64,000 bases of DNA from an uncultured Leptospirales bacterium (GCA_964439325.1 CAYTNW010000005.1:100592-164591); one strand, 5' to 3'; counted from the first letter of the stretch, positions 48,536 through 58,571 are shown. Notes: generated by a model from the letters alone, not told the origin. Numbers and translations: made by a program.

Positions 48536-49717
48536 TCAGACCGTCTTCTTTTTCCGGTGGTTTTTTTTTTCATTCTTTGCGGTAATTTTTTTATTCTTTA
48601 ATTCAGATCCGTTTTTTCCCGGATGTATGAAGGGTTTGAATTTTGCCGGTTTTTTGACAGTCTCTCTGTTTGCCGGAAGAATCATTAATTCTGAAGACAT
48701 GATTTTTTTGATTTTTTCAGGATAGTTCATAATAGTGATTCTGTCGGAGGGGATTCCCGATTTATCATCTGTACCGGTTTTATCCGGAGTTGTTTGAACT
48801 ACGGGGGTGACCGTATTGTTATCCGCGGCGCTTTTCACACTTTCAGCCTGTCCGCCGGCTCCGTTTTTTATTATAGAAGCGATAAAACCTTTCTGGCTGA
48901 CCTTCGTCATTAAATAACGGTGAATCTGGAAGTTGTTATTTATCGGAAGAGCTTCCATTTTGGGTTCTATTGTAAGACCGTATTTATACCCTGCATTTTT
49001 CATCTCGTTTATCGCTATGTCGCTGTTGACGCCGAACGGGTAGAGCATTGTTTCTATTTTACGGTTAAGTTTCTCTTCGAGTATTTTTTTCGATAAGTAT
49101 ATCTCTTTCTTGAAACTTGCCTGGTCTTCGTTGTAGTACTTGGTGGATAAAAACATATGGTGATAACCGTGCGACGCTATATAGCAGCCGTCATCGGCGA
49201 GTTTTTTCACCTGGTCCCATGTCATTGCATAACTCATCCTGTTGATTACCGCCGGATAGATTCCAAGAACCGGCTTGATCCCCATAGGTTTCAAAATCGA
49301 GTAATATACGCTGTAAACCGAATGGTTGCCGTCATCAATTGTGAGAAGTATGTTGTTGTTCCCCTGGATCCTGTCGCTGACAACATCATCGAAGGTTACA
49401 AAATTAAAACCTTTATCTTTCAGTTTTTTTAACTGTTCCTTTAACTGCGCCGGTGCAATAGTGTAAGGGTCTTTCTTTTCCAGAAAAGCGTGGTAACAGA
49501 GTATGTATACCCCTTTTGAATACGACGGCGCGGCAAGTGTAAAAAACAGCAGAACAGAAATTATTATCCGGATATTAATCTTTTTCAAAATAGGACTCTC
49601 TTTATTGTTGTATATAGATATAATCGATAAAAAAAACGTTTTTCTCAAGCAATTCTCCGCTCTGCCGGAAAAATGAGACAATTTTATTGAACTGATTTTT
49701 CGCGGATCGAATTTCAA
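48536..49717 (-). CDS. secreted polysaccharide deacetylase (CE4) family protein; start probably TTG near 49594
   Basis: Signal peptide; TIDDGNHSVY and HGYHH motifs of NodB-type deacetylases. Confidence 0.7.
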   Translation of the reverse strand: MKFDPRKISSIKLSHFSGRAENCLRKTFFLSIISIYNNKESPILKKINIRIIISVLLFFTLAAPSYSKGVYILCYHAFLEKKDPYTIAPAQLKEQLKKLKDKGFNFVTFDDVVSDRIQGNNNILLTIDDGNHSVYSVYYSILKPMGIKPVLGIYPAVINRMSYAMTWDQVKKLADDGCYIASHGYHHMFLSTKYYNEDQASFKKEIYLSKKILEEKLNRKIETMLYPFGVNSDIAINEMKNAGYKYGLTIEPKMEALPINNNFQIHRYLMTKVSQKGFIASIIKNGAGGQAESVKSAADNNTVTPVVQTTPDKTGTDDKSGIPSDRITIMNYPEKIKKIMSSELMILPANRETVKKPAKFKPFIHPGKNGSELKNKKITAKNEKKNHRKKKTV

Positions 49718-50289
49718 TCCGGGTATTCCTTCTCCTTTTTCTCCAGCTCTTCCCGGAGTCTGGCTGACAGGGCCATTTTTATCTCCTCTTTTCTCTGACT
49801 GATTTTTTCCGAATATTCAGGGACTGTCTCCAGAACATTTTTTTCAAGTATATCAAAGTACAGGTTTGTATCGGGGAGAACATATTTCTGTAAATAAGTA
49901 GCGTTAGGCCACTTTTTTCTCTCCCTGTAAAGATTGAGCTTCCATAACTGGGCTTCCTTCAGCTCGATTATCTTTTCAAAAAAAGTGATGATTTCGTCTG
50001 TTTTGTATTTAAGAAGGGCCTTCTTCATCTCCGGGGATTTTGCTGTGAAATCCTTGTCAGTCGTAATACCTGTGCCGGATCTGTATACGTAATCCATCTC
50101 CAGATCCGGATCAAAACCGTATTGAAAACCGATAGCTGAAGTGGTATCGGCGATGATCAGCAGTTCAGACGCAGTAAAGAGTTTGCTGTCTTTCCGTGTA
50201 ATCATGGTCCATATTGATGTCTGGCATTCAATCAGCATCAGTGGTAAAATTATCAGCAACAGTAGTTTAGTCCGCATTGTACGCTCCAT
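49714..50289 (-). CDS. secreted hypothetical protein
   Basis: Signal peptide; 4-bp overlap with the downstream deacetylase gene; abuts the upstream NeuB-like gene. Confidence 0.5.
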   Translation of the reverse strand: MERTMRTKLLLLIILPLMLIECQTSIWTMITRKDSKLFTASELLIIADTTSAIGFQYGFDPDLEMDYVYRSGTGITTDKDFTAKSPEMKKALLKYKTDEIITFFEKIIELKEAQLWKLNLYRERKKWPNATYLQKYVLPDTNLYFDILEKNVLETVPEYSEKISQRKEEIKMALSARLREELEKKEKEYPD

Positions 50290-51321
50290 TTATTCAAAGT
50301 ATTCCCGCCTGAGCAGTGAGCCTTCATTTATGTCTGTTTTAGATCTTCTGCCGGTAATGTCATCGATCATTTCGGGAGAGATTCCAACCCCCGGTCTTAA
50401 CGCGATTATCGATTCCGCAGTAATCATGTCACCCGCCTTTATCTTCTTCGAGGCAAAGAGACTTTTTTTTGCCGCACGGGCGGTATCAGCCTCACGACCT
50501 GAATACCGTATTTCACCTGAACCTGTCAACGCAATTGCGTCCCTGACCTTTTCCGTCATCTCTTTAAAGCCCGCGGCGGTAAGAGAGACTTCCCTGTCGG
50601 GACAGTCGTGATTTTCATCGATCATAAAATGTTTCTCAATCACTTCGGCGCCGAGAACGGCGGCAACCACGGCGGATTCGTAACCGGCAGTGTGGTCAGA
50701 CAGACCCGCGGGATTTCCGAATCTCTCCCTCAGTGAGACAATCCTTTTTAGATTGGCCTCCTCTTTTGCGGCAGGGTAGAGTGAAACGCAGTGAAGCAGC
50801 ACTGTCTCAGGATTTCCCGACTGTTTAAGGTTCGCCAGGCATGTTTCAATCTCTTTTTCCACGGCCATCCCGGTTGAGAGAAGCACCGGTTTTCCGGTGC
50901 TTCCGATCTTTCTGATCAGCGGGGTATTGGTCAGTTCTGATGAGGCTACCTTGTAAAGCCTGACGTCCAGTCTCTCCAGCAGCTCCACCGATTCAGCGTC
51001 AAAGGGTGCTGAGAAAAATTCAGTACCGCAGCTGACGGAAATCTTTTTAAGTTTCCTCCACTGCTCTTCCGTGAAAGTGAATTTTCTGAAAAACTCGATG
51101 ATTCCGTAGTCGGGATTTTTATCCTCTCCTGTTTTCAGCAGGGATGACGTATAGGGAGAGTTCATTTTTTCGGGGATAAATGTCTGAAACTTGACCGCGT
51201 CGGCTCCGGCCTCCGCAGCCCTGACAATCATCTCCTCCGCAAGGCTGATCTCTCCATTATGATTAAGTCCTATTTCCGCTATGAAAACAATTTTTTTATT
51301 GTTAAAGATGGTGTTCAGCAT
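50290..51321 (-). CDS. NeuB-family nonulosonic/sialic acid synthase-like protein with C-terminal SAF domain
   Basis: FIAEIGLNHNG N-terminus; C-terminal SAF (IKAGDMITAESIIALRPG). Confidence 0.7.
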   Translation of the reverse strand: MLNTIFNNKKIVFIAEIGLNHNGEISLAEEMIVRAAEAGADAVKFQTFIPEKMNSPYTSSLLKTGEDKNPDYGIIEFFRKFTFTEEQWRKLKKISVSCGTEFFSAPFDAESVELLERLDVRLYKVASSELTNTPLIRKIGSTGKPVLLSTGMAVEKEIETCLANLKQSGNPETVLLHCVSLYPAAKEEANLKRIVSLRERFGNPAGLSDHTAGYESAVVAAVLGAEVIEKHFMIDENHDCPDREVSLTAAGFKEMTEKVRDAIALTGSGEIRYSGREADTARAAKKSLFASKKIKAGDMITAESIIALRPGVGISPEMIDDITGRRSKTDINEGSLLRREYFE

Positions 51322-51477
51322 AGTTTCCTGTAATTGTTTATTATTAGCCGGATTATCCGGATGTAAAACCGTTACTATGAAATAATTATTCCGGGTAATT
51401 TCAAGACTTTTTTAATTGTTTGACAATGTGAATTTATCACTTATACATGTCAGGTAGTACCGCTTGATTTTTTTATG

Positions 51478-51509
51478 ATAAACCTGTATATTATATGTTA
51501 CAGGTTTAT
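51478..51509. promoter_or_regulatory. perfect 11-bp inverted repeat ATAAACCTGTA-N10-TACAGGTTTAT upstream of glpK
   Basis: Seen directly, 115 nt upstream of the glpK start. Confidence 0.4.
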
Positions 51510-51622
51510 GCTGTTAACCGCAGTTCAGAGTGGATTATATCTGTTTTAACGGGAAAAACGGTTAATAGATCTTCCCGGTGAAGAGTCTCAAATAAAATTA
51601 ATACAGCGATTCCGGAGAAATT

Positions 51623-53113
51623 ATGTCGAAGAAAAATTTTATTATAGCGATTGACCTCGGGACAACCGGAAACAGGGTCTTCTGTTTTGACGAAAAGGGT
51701 AAAACAATATCAAGCGCCTATAGCGAGTTTACCCAGTATTTTCCACGCCCGGGCTGGGTCGAGCATGATGCGCTTGAGATCTGGAACTCGGTAGTAAAGC
51801 TGATTCCGCAGGCCATAGAAAAAGGGGATCTCGACGCGGCCAACGCTGTTTCAATAGGTATAACCAACCAGAGAGAGACGTCGCTCCTGTGGGATTCGGA
51901 AACGGGAAAACCGGTACACAACGCTATAGTTTGGCAGTGCCGGAGAACAACCGATATATGCAATCAGCTGAAAGGCTGGGGCTACGATAAACTTTTCAGG
52001 GACAAAACCGGTCTTGTCATTGATGCCTATTTTTCCGGCACAAAAGTGAAGTGGATGTTCGACAATGTTCTCGATGCGCGGCCTCTTGCCAAGAGGGGAC
52101 GCCTGAAGTTCGGTACAATCGACACATGGATACTCTGGAAGCTTACCGGAGGGAAGTCGCATGTCACCGATTATACAAACGCTTCACGTACGCTGATATT
52201 TGATATAAAAGAAAAAAAATGGTCGCCGGAGCTGTGCGAGATACTCGATATACCGCTTAATATCCTTCCCGGGGTTCAGGCCTCCGCGAGCGTGTTCGGA
52301 CGCACATCAGGCTGTCCCGGTCTTCCAGACGGAATAGTAATCGGTGGTATGGCGGGAGATCAGCAGGCCGCGATGGCTGGACAGAACTGCGTTTTTGCCG
52401 GAAAAACCAAGAATACCTATGGAACCGGTTGTTTCATGCTGCTGAACAACGGAGAGGATTACATAATATCCGAGAACGGACTTCTTACTACGCTGACCCC
52501 GGATAATAAAGGGAACCCCGTATACGCGCTTGAGGGGTCGGTCTTTATCGGCGGTGCGGTAATGCAGTGGCTGAGAGATTACATGAAATTTTTTGACAGC
52601 GCCACAGAATCGGAGGGGATGGCATCTTCACTGTTTAACAAGGAGGATGATGTCGTGTTTGTACCTGCCTTTGTCGGGCTTGGGGCTCCATATTGGAATA
52701 TGGACGCACGCGGAGCGATCTTCGGATTGACAAGGGACACTACAAGGGAACAGATCGTAAGGGCTGCTTTAAAATCGATCGCTTTTCAGTCGATGGAGGT
52801 AATAAATGCGATGGAGCAGGATACGAAGAAAAAGATATCCGAACTCAGAGTCGACGGAGGGGCTACCGAGAATAAATTCCTGATGCAGTTTCAGTCCGAT
52901 ATCCTCGGAGTACCGGTGCTTATCCCCGAGATAAGGGAATCCACAGCGCTTGGAGCGGCATATCTGGCGGGAATAACAGCGGGATTATTCGGATCTATAG
53001 ATGAAATCGCAAGAGAGAACAGCATCATAAAGAGATTTGAACCTGTGATGAACAGCTCCGAGAGGGAAAAGCAGAACGACAAATGGAAAAAAACGGTTGC
53101 AAAGCTTTTGTAA
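51623..53113 (+). CDS. glpK: glycerol kinase
   Basis: IAIDLGTTGNR and FKGT (FGGT-family sugar kinase) signature motifs; 496 aa. Confidence 0.9.
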   Translation: MSKKNFIIAIDLGTTGNRVFCFDEKGKTISSAYSEFTQYFPRPGWVEHDALEIWNSVVKLIPQAIEKGDLDAANAVSIGITNQRETSLLWDSETGKPVHNAIVWQCRRTTDICNQLKGWGYDKLFRDKTGLVIDAYFSGTKVKWMFDNVLDARPLAKRGRLKFGTIDTWILWKLTGGKSHVTDYTNASRTLIFDIKEKKWSPELCEILDIPLNILPGVQASASVFGRTSGCPGLPDGIVIGGMAGDQQAAMAGQNCVFAGKTKNTYGTGCFMLLNNGEDYIISENGLLTTLTPDNKGNPVYALEGSVFIGGAVMQWLRDYMKFFDSATESEGMASSLFNKEDDVVFVPAFVGLGAPYWNMDARGAIFGLTRDTTREQIVRAALKSIAFQSMEVINAMEQDTKKKISELRVDGGATENKFLMQFQSDILGVPVLIPEIRESTALGAAYLAGITAGLFGSIDEIARENSIIKRFEPVMNSSEREKQNDKWKKTVAKLL

Positions 53114-53219
53114 ATTTATAAAACAGAGCTTGCTTTTTTATTGGTCAATGTATATTATAATCTATATATATTGTTATATTATAATTTAATATTGTTTAAG
53201 GTTGATCCGGAGGAATTAA

Positions 53220-53417
53220 ATGGCAAAACCATTACTGGGTGAAATGCTGGTGGAAAACGGCGTTATAACGCAGGAGCAGCTCAATAAAGCTCTTGAAGTA
53301 CAGCATAGCGAAGGCGGTCTTATCGGAATTATTCTCGTTACACAGGGGATTATTTCCGAACAGAAACTTGTGGAATATCTTGCGGTACAGGCTAAAATAG
53401 TAACTAATTCGGAATGA
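53220..53417 (+). CDS. standalone T2SSE_N/MshEN-type domain protein (putative c-di-GMP binding)
   Basis: LGEMLVENGVITQEQLNKALEVQ...GGLIGIILVTQGIISEQKLVEYLA matches GspE-N/MshEN consensus; GGAGG RBS. Confidence 0.55.
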   Translation: MAKPLLGEMLVENGVITQEQLNKALEVQHSEGGLIGIILVTQGIISEQKLVEYLAVQAKIVTNSE

Positions 53418-53453
53418 TATATACAGTTGTGAATTTCAGTAAATCACCCTGTG

Positions 53454-53483
53454 CAGGACAAGGGATTGCAGCCCCTTGTCCTG
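53454..53483. terminator. 11-bp perfect stem hairpin between convergent genes
   Basis: caggacaaggg-attgcagc-cccttgtcctg. Confidence 0.45.
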
Positions 53484-53515
53484 AGTATTTAGCCAGGCTC
53501 TGACCCCGCGAAATC

Positions 53516-54577
53516 TTATTTTACCTCAAGAAGCCAGTTAAATTTATCTTCTAACTCGCCTTTCTGAATTCCTGTCAGATGCTGATATAGTTTTGTTATA
53601 ACCGGACCTGCAGTGTCACCATTTTTGTATTTGTATTCTTTGCCGTTATATTCAATCATTGTTACAGGCGTTATAACTGCTGCGGTTCCGCATGATCCTA
53701 TCTCTTCAAAGCTTGAAAGCTCGGTAATCTCTACCGGGCGTCTTTCAACTTTCATCCCCAGGCTTTCGGCGATTTTTGTCAGGCTGTCATTGGTAACGCT
53801 GGCAAGAATACTTTTTGATTCGGGAGTGATGTATGAATTCCCTTTTATTGCGAGAAAGTTCGAAGTAGTGAACTCCTCGATATATTTTTTTTCTCTCGGA
53901 TCAAGGTGCAGTACTACAGGAAATCCTCTGTCGTGGCCGTATTCGGCTGCGGAGAGGCCTGCGGCATAGTTTCCGCCAACCTTACAGTCGCCTACGCCAT
54001 TTGGAGCAGCTCTGTCGAAATCCGGCACTACAAGTGCTTTAATCGGTTTTAATCCCCCTTTATAATACGGGCCTACCGGTGTGACGAATATCAGGAAAAC
54101 GTACTCCTCTGCGGCCCCCAATCCCACCTTTGCACCGGTTCCAATTACAAGGGGCCTTATATACAGGCTTGCTCCCGTACCGTACGGGGGAACGAATTTT
54201 TTATTCGCGGCGACAACCCGTGTTACAGCCTCTGTGAACATTTTTTCCGGTATACGGGGGATATATATTTTTTCAGATGTCTTCTGGAGTCTTTTCCAGT
54301 TCGCTTCGGGACGGAAAACTACTATCCTTCCATCTTTGGTTTCAAAGGCTTTCATCCCTTCAAAAGCCTCCTGGCCGTAATGAAGGCAGGGTGCAGCCAT
54401 GCTCATCGTTATGCTTTCATCGCTTACAAGTTCTCCGTCTGACCATTTTCCGTCTTTATAATAGTACCGTATGTTGAAATCGGTTTTTACATATCCGAAT
54501 GGAAGTTCAGACCAGTTAAGATTAGCGTGTTCTCTGCTCATTTTATTACTCCTGAAATATAAAAGAATATGCGTCAT
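53516..54577 (-). CDS. ilvE: branched-chain amino acid aminotransferase
   Basis: Class IV aminotransferase motifs (YIRPLVIGTG, EEFTTSNF); about 340 aa. Confidence 0.85.
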   Translation of the reverse strand: MTHILLYFRSNKMSREHANLNWSELPFGYVKTDFNIRYYYKDGKWSDGELVSDESITMSMAAPCLHYGQEAFEGMKAFETKDGRIVVFRPEANWKRLQKTSEKIYIPRIPEKMFTEAVTRVVAANKKFVPPYGTGASLYIRPLVIGTGAKVGLGAAEEYVFLIFVTPVGPYYKGGLKPIKALVVPDFDRAAPNGVGDCKVGGNYAAGLSAAEYGHDRGFPVVLHLDPREKKYIEEFTTSNFLAIKGNSYITPESKSILASVTNDSLTKIAESLGMKVERRPVEITELSSFEEIGSCGTAAVITPVTMIEYNGKEYKYKNGDTAGPVITKLYQHLTGIQKGELEDKFNWLLEVK

Positions 54578-54596
54578 TTATTGCTGGAAACGGCTT

Positions 54597-54645
54597 AAAA
54601 ATCAGATGAATTTCAGATTGTTAAATTCTGCGGAATCTGATTTTT
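54597..54645 (-). promoter_or_regulatory. A-tract/T-tract flanked hairpin in the ilvE 5' leader (candidate attenuator)
   Basis: aaaaatcagat ... atctgattttt 11-bp stem with a 27-nt loop containing the nested IR gaattt/aaattc; TTGACA-like -35 further upstream. Confidence 0.3.
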
Positions 54646-54922
54646 TACAGGTTAATGGACAGCGGCCATCTAAAAGCTCCCTGGAAGGATCCCTGATGTT
54701 TAAGAATTTGAATACTTATGTTGATATTTGTCAAGTATTAAGGGGGAGAAATTCAAAGAGTGTTAATTATTTTAAAATTTCTTGACTAAATGCGGTCACT
54801 TTATTTTTGTATTTTCCATAAGTATTTATTATATCGATTATATCCATTATTGCCGGATTTTCAAAATATAACTGAGATAATGCGGTGTAAACTACTATAA
54901 ATTTTAACAAAGGAGTCCTGTT

Positions 54923-56242
54923 GTGTTATTAAAAAAAAGCGATATAAAAAGTCCTGAAGGTAAACTTGGTATAGTGATACCGGGTCTCGGCGCAATAAGT
55001 TCCACGGTTATAGCAGGTGTTTTTCTGATAAGAAAGGGTGCACATAAACCGATAGGTTCCCTTACTCAGATGGGAAAACTCAGGGTCGGGAAGGGCGTTG
55101 ATGCCAAGGATATGAATATAAAGGATTTTATCCCTCTTGCCGGCATTGAAGACATTGAATTCGGCGGATGGGACCTGTTTGAAGACAATATTTATGAAGC
55201 AGCAAAAAAAGCCCAGGTTCTTTCAAGAGAGGATATCGATCCAATAAAAGATGAGCTTTCAAAAATAAAGCCGTGGAAAGCCGTATTTAACAGAAAATAT
55301 GTCAAGAACCTTGACGGCAACTGGGTAAAAGAAGCTCCAACATACTGGGACCTGGCACAGATGGTTAAAGACGATATACTGAATTTTCAGAAAGAGAAAA
55401 ACTGTTCAAGAATAGTGATGATATGGTGCGGCAGTACCGAAATTCACCAGGTGATGATCCCCGGCGTACATGATACCCTTGCCAACTTTGAAAAAGCTTT
55501 AAAAGAAAATCATCCGAATATAGCTCCAAGTATGATATACTGCTATGCTGCAATGAGCCTGGGAATTCCTTATGCAAACGGCGCTCCTAACCTCTGCAAC
55601 GACATCCCTGCTCTCTGGGAACTTGCCGAGAAAAACCAGGTTCCGATGTGCGGCAAGGATTTTAAAACCGGCCAGACATTTATGAAAACGCTTCTTGCTC
55701 CGGGACTTAAAGCAAGGATGCTTGGAATGAAGGGATGGTATTCAACGAATATCCTCGGCAACAGGGACGGAGAGGTGCTCGATGATCCCGATTCATTCAA
55801 ATCAAAAGAGGTCAGCAAGCTTTCAGTCCTTCATCAGATCCTCGAACCTGAAGTTTATCCGGTTCTCTACGGAGATTTCTATCACAAGGTGACGATAAAT
55901 TACTATCCCCCGAGAGGCGACAATAAAGAGGGATGGGACAATATAGATATATTCGGATGGCTCGGCTACCCGATGCAGATCAAGGTTAACTTTCTCTGCC
56001 GTGACTCGATCCTGGCAGCTCCGTTTGTTCTTGATCTTGCGATTTTTCTTGATCTTGCCAAGCGGGCATCATTATCCGGTAATCAGGAGTGGCTGTCGTT
56101 CTACTGGAAGAGCCCTATGCATGCTCCAAACGAAGAGCCCGAACATGATATATTCATACAGCTTATGAGGCTGAAAAATACTTTAAGATGGTTTATGGAT
56201 GAACCCCCTGTGACATATCTTGGCTCAGAGACATATAACTAA
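54923..56242 (+). CDS. ino1: myo-inositol-1-phosphate synthase (GTG start)
   Basis: AAGGAG RBS; NAD-binding N-terminus and conserved Ino1-family core; 439 aa. Confidence 0.75.
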   Translation: MLLKKSDIKSPEGKLGIVIPGLGAISSTVIAGVFLIRKGAHKPIGSLTQMGKLRVGKGVDAKDMNIKDFIPLAGIEDIEFGGWDLFEDNIYEAAKKAQVLSREDIDPIKDELSKIKPWKAVFNRKYVKNLDGNWVKEAPTYWDLAQMVKDDILNFQKEKNCSRIVMIWCGSTEIHQVMIPGVHDTLANFEKALKENHPNIAPSMIYCYAAMSLGIPYANGAPNLCNDIPALWELAEKNQVPMCGKDFKTGQTFMKTLLAPGLKARMLGMKGWYSTNILGNRDGEVLDDPDSFKSKEVSKLSVLHQILEPEVYPVLYGDFYHKVTINYYPPRGDNKEGWDNIDIFGWLGYPMQIKVNFLCRDSILAAPFVLDLAIFLDLAKRASLSGNQEWLSFYWKSPMHAPNEEPEHDIFIQLMRLKNTLRWFMDEPPVTYLGSETYN

Positions 56243-56273
56243 AAAAAGGCTGCCATACGGCAGCTTTTTTTTT
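56241..56273 (+). terminator. intrinsic terminator after ino1
   Basis: ggctgcc-atac-ggcagc followed by T9. Confidence 0.8.
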
Positions 56274-56374
56274 ATCGTAGCTGTATTTTTATTTTTTTAT
56301 ATATTTACTACAGGGCGTAATGCCCCGTTCTCTGCATCGGTGTTGTAAGCCATGCTGCCGGAGAGGGCAGTGGA

Positions 56375-57505
56375 TTGCCTGCGGAGCTGGCATCCCTTTG
56401 TAACGAAATACCCCGACGCTGTGTGCGGGGAATTTTATTTTGTCTGGACAGGTTGAGAGAAGTACAAATGAAAAAAACATTTCTGCTTTTATTTTTATTT
56501 ATCATTCCGCTGCTGAATAATTATGCATTTCCGGAAGTTCAGCATGTCGCGGACCATAAGCCTTCAGTTTTGTACGATTTAAACCTGAGCGGAGATATAT
56601 TATACAAAACCGGCCCCGGAGGTGTAATAAAAATACATGATAAAGTTGCCGCAGTTTCAAAAGAGGCTGACTCGGTATATTATATAAGAAGTTCCGGAGA
56701 CAGATGGATAGCCGGATTTTTCCGTCAGGATTCTGATGTTAATTTTGAATTCGATATCCCTGACAGATATGAAAAACTTTACAGGTTCTCGGCAAGCGGC
56801 AATATTTTTTATTACCTTGCGCAGCCTGTTAAGGATAACCTCAGCCTGAATACTGTGAAGAATCCGGTCCTTGTAAGATTTAATCCCGACCATATGCAGT
56901 TCCAGAGTATTGAAGGTGTGTCGGATTTCATTCTGCTTCAGGGTAAAATGGTCATGCTGAGAGATAACTGTCTCGATTACAACGGATTATTAATACCGCT
57001 GCTGCTGAAGGGTGATCTGAAGATATCCGGAGTGATCGATTCCAGAATCGCGATAATAGCGGGGGCGGATGGTTCCGAGATAGTTGATCTTATTGCTGAA
57101 AAGAGCATATACCAGTATAAGAATGTGTCGGTTCCTGAATATCCGGATGAGTATAATCTCATTATGGAATTCAGCGATAAAAATCCTGATCCCGTTATTG
57201 TTCCGGAGGCGGAGAGCAGTATCTATTATGAAATACTTATAGACGGCGTTGAAGAAAACCGTACCGAAACAGGGAGAAAGGAGCTGATAAAAACTTTCTG
57301 TTCAAAACTTACACCCGGTAAATATCATATAATCAAACCTGAAAGATGGGACCTTGATAAAACAAAGGGGCGTTATGTAAGGATGAACAATATCTATCAG
57401 CCCGCCGAGCTGAAAATCTATATCCCGGAGAACAGAATCCTTAAAATAAAGATCGAGTTTGACGGAACCGGCTATACAGTTAACCAGTCGGTGCTGTTCA
57501 GATAA
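56375..57505 (+). CDS. secreted hypothetical protein; real start probably Met near 56468
   Basis: Signal peptide MKKTFLLLFLFIIPLL begins at an internal Met. Confidence 0.5.
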   Translation: MPAELASLCNEIPRRCVRGILFCLDRLREVQMKKTFLLLFLFIIPLLNNYAFPEVQHVADHKPSVLYDLNLSGDILYKTGPGGVIKIHDKVAAVSKEADSVYYIRSSGDRWIAGFFRQDSDVNFEFDIPDRYEKLYRFSASGNIFYYLAQPVKDNLSLNTVKNPVLVRFNPDHMQFQSIEGVSDFILLQGKMVMLRDNCLDYNGLLIPLLLKGDLKISGVIDSRIAIIAGADGSEIVDLIAEKSIYQYKNVSVPEYPDEYNLIMEFSDKNPDPVIVPEAESSIYYEILIDGVEENRTETGRKELIKTFCSKLTPGKYHIIKPERWDLDKTKGRYVRMNNIYQPAELKIYIPENRILKIKIEFDGTGYTVNQSVLFR

Positions 57506-57537
57506 AAAAAAGAGGGCTGTATAGGCCCTCTTTTTTT
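57504..57537. terminator. bidirectional terminator (A7-stem-T7)
   Basis: aaaaaaa-agagggc-tgtatag-gccctct-ttttttt. Confidence 0.75.
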
Positions 57538-57555
57538 ATACGTATAATTGCCGTT

Positions 57556-58479
57556 CTATTTAAAGTTTATAACTTCGCTTTTTCTTTCATCCTTCTGAAC
57601 AACTTTCTGTACTTCCTTGAATTCGTTCGACTCGATTCCATACTGAAGTTCAACAGCTGTAAGAATAGCCTGGTTCTTCTTGTTCTTGAAATATATTACA
57701 TCCTCTTCGTTGGTTTTGCCGGTTTTGTCGAGCATGTTCTCCATAACAGCATAGCAGCTTGACATATATTTATATGCCCAAAGGTCTTTTCTGTTCTCTT
57801 CCCTTATTGTAATATACTTTTCAAGGATCGGGATACATGGCTTCATGTTGCCGAGGTCATAATTTACTGAAACATAAATTCTGTAAAGTTTCGATCGGTA
57901 ATCTACAACCTTCTCGTTGTTTTTCAGGTCATTGGACCGTATCTCGTCAAGTGTGTTTATAGCACGTGTAAAATACGTTACAGACTTCATCTTCGCTTCG
58001 AGTTTGATTCTGCTGATGTATCTGTCCTGTGCGTTTTTCCTGTCGACTTCCTGCCAGTACCATTTTTCATTGAGATATTTTGTGTTTTTGTAAACCTCTC
58101 TTAGCCTTACAACCTCGGACTGCATATCTTCAAGGGTATCAAATCCCTTGGAATATTCATCTACTGACCTTTTCAGAAGAAATTCAGAATACTCCTTGCT
58201 GAGTTTCTCAAGATCCTTTATCGTGGACATGTATGGTTTGTAGTCTGTGGTTTGCCAGCCGATTTTTGTTTTATCGCCTGCAGCGTCATCCTTTTTTGCG
58301 TCGGTCTGCGTATTTGCATCTGTTTTGGTTTCGGTTTTTGCGTCTGCTTTCGGATCCTGCTGAGCGGAAACATTACCGGCGAATAATGCGAAAATAAGAA
58401 AAATACCGGAAAATAACGCGGATACTTTCTTGAAATTTGAATTAAGTTTCATATATAACCCCTTTAAAAAACAATACAT
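57556..58479 (-). CDS. secreted hypothetical protein (signal peptide, K/D/T-rich linker); start likely Met near 58452
   Basis: MKLNSNFKKVSALFSGIFLIFALFAGNVSA signal peptide. Confidence 0.5.
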   Translation of the reverse strand: MYCFLKGLYMKLNSNFKKVSALFSGIFLIFALFAGNVSAQQDPKADAKTETKTDANTQTDAKKDDAAGDKTKIGWQTTDYKPYMSTIKDLEKLSKEYSEFLLKRSVDEYSKGFDTLEDMQSEVVRLREVYKNTKYLNEKWYWQEVDRKNAQDRYISRIKLEAKMKSVTYFTRAINTLDEIRSNDLKNNEKVVDYRSKLYRIYVSVNYDLGNMKPCIPILEKYITIREENRKDLWAYKYMSSCYAVMENMLDKTGKTNEEDVIYFKNKKNQAILTAVELQYGIESNEFKEVQKVVQKDERKSEVINFK

Positions 58480-58571
58480 TCAGCTTTATTTAATAATCGA
58501 CTTTTATAGAATAAAAAATTATATTTTTTTTATTATTATTTCTCTTAAAATATATTAATCGCAGGGAACCT

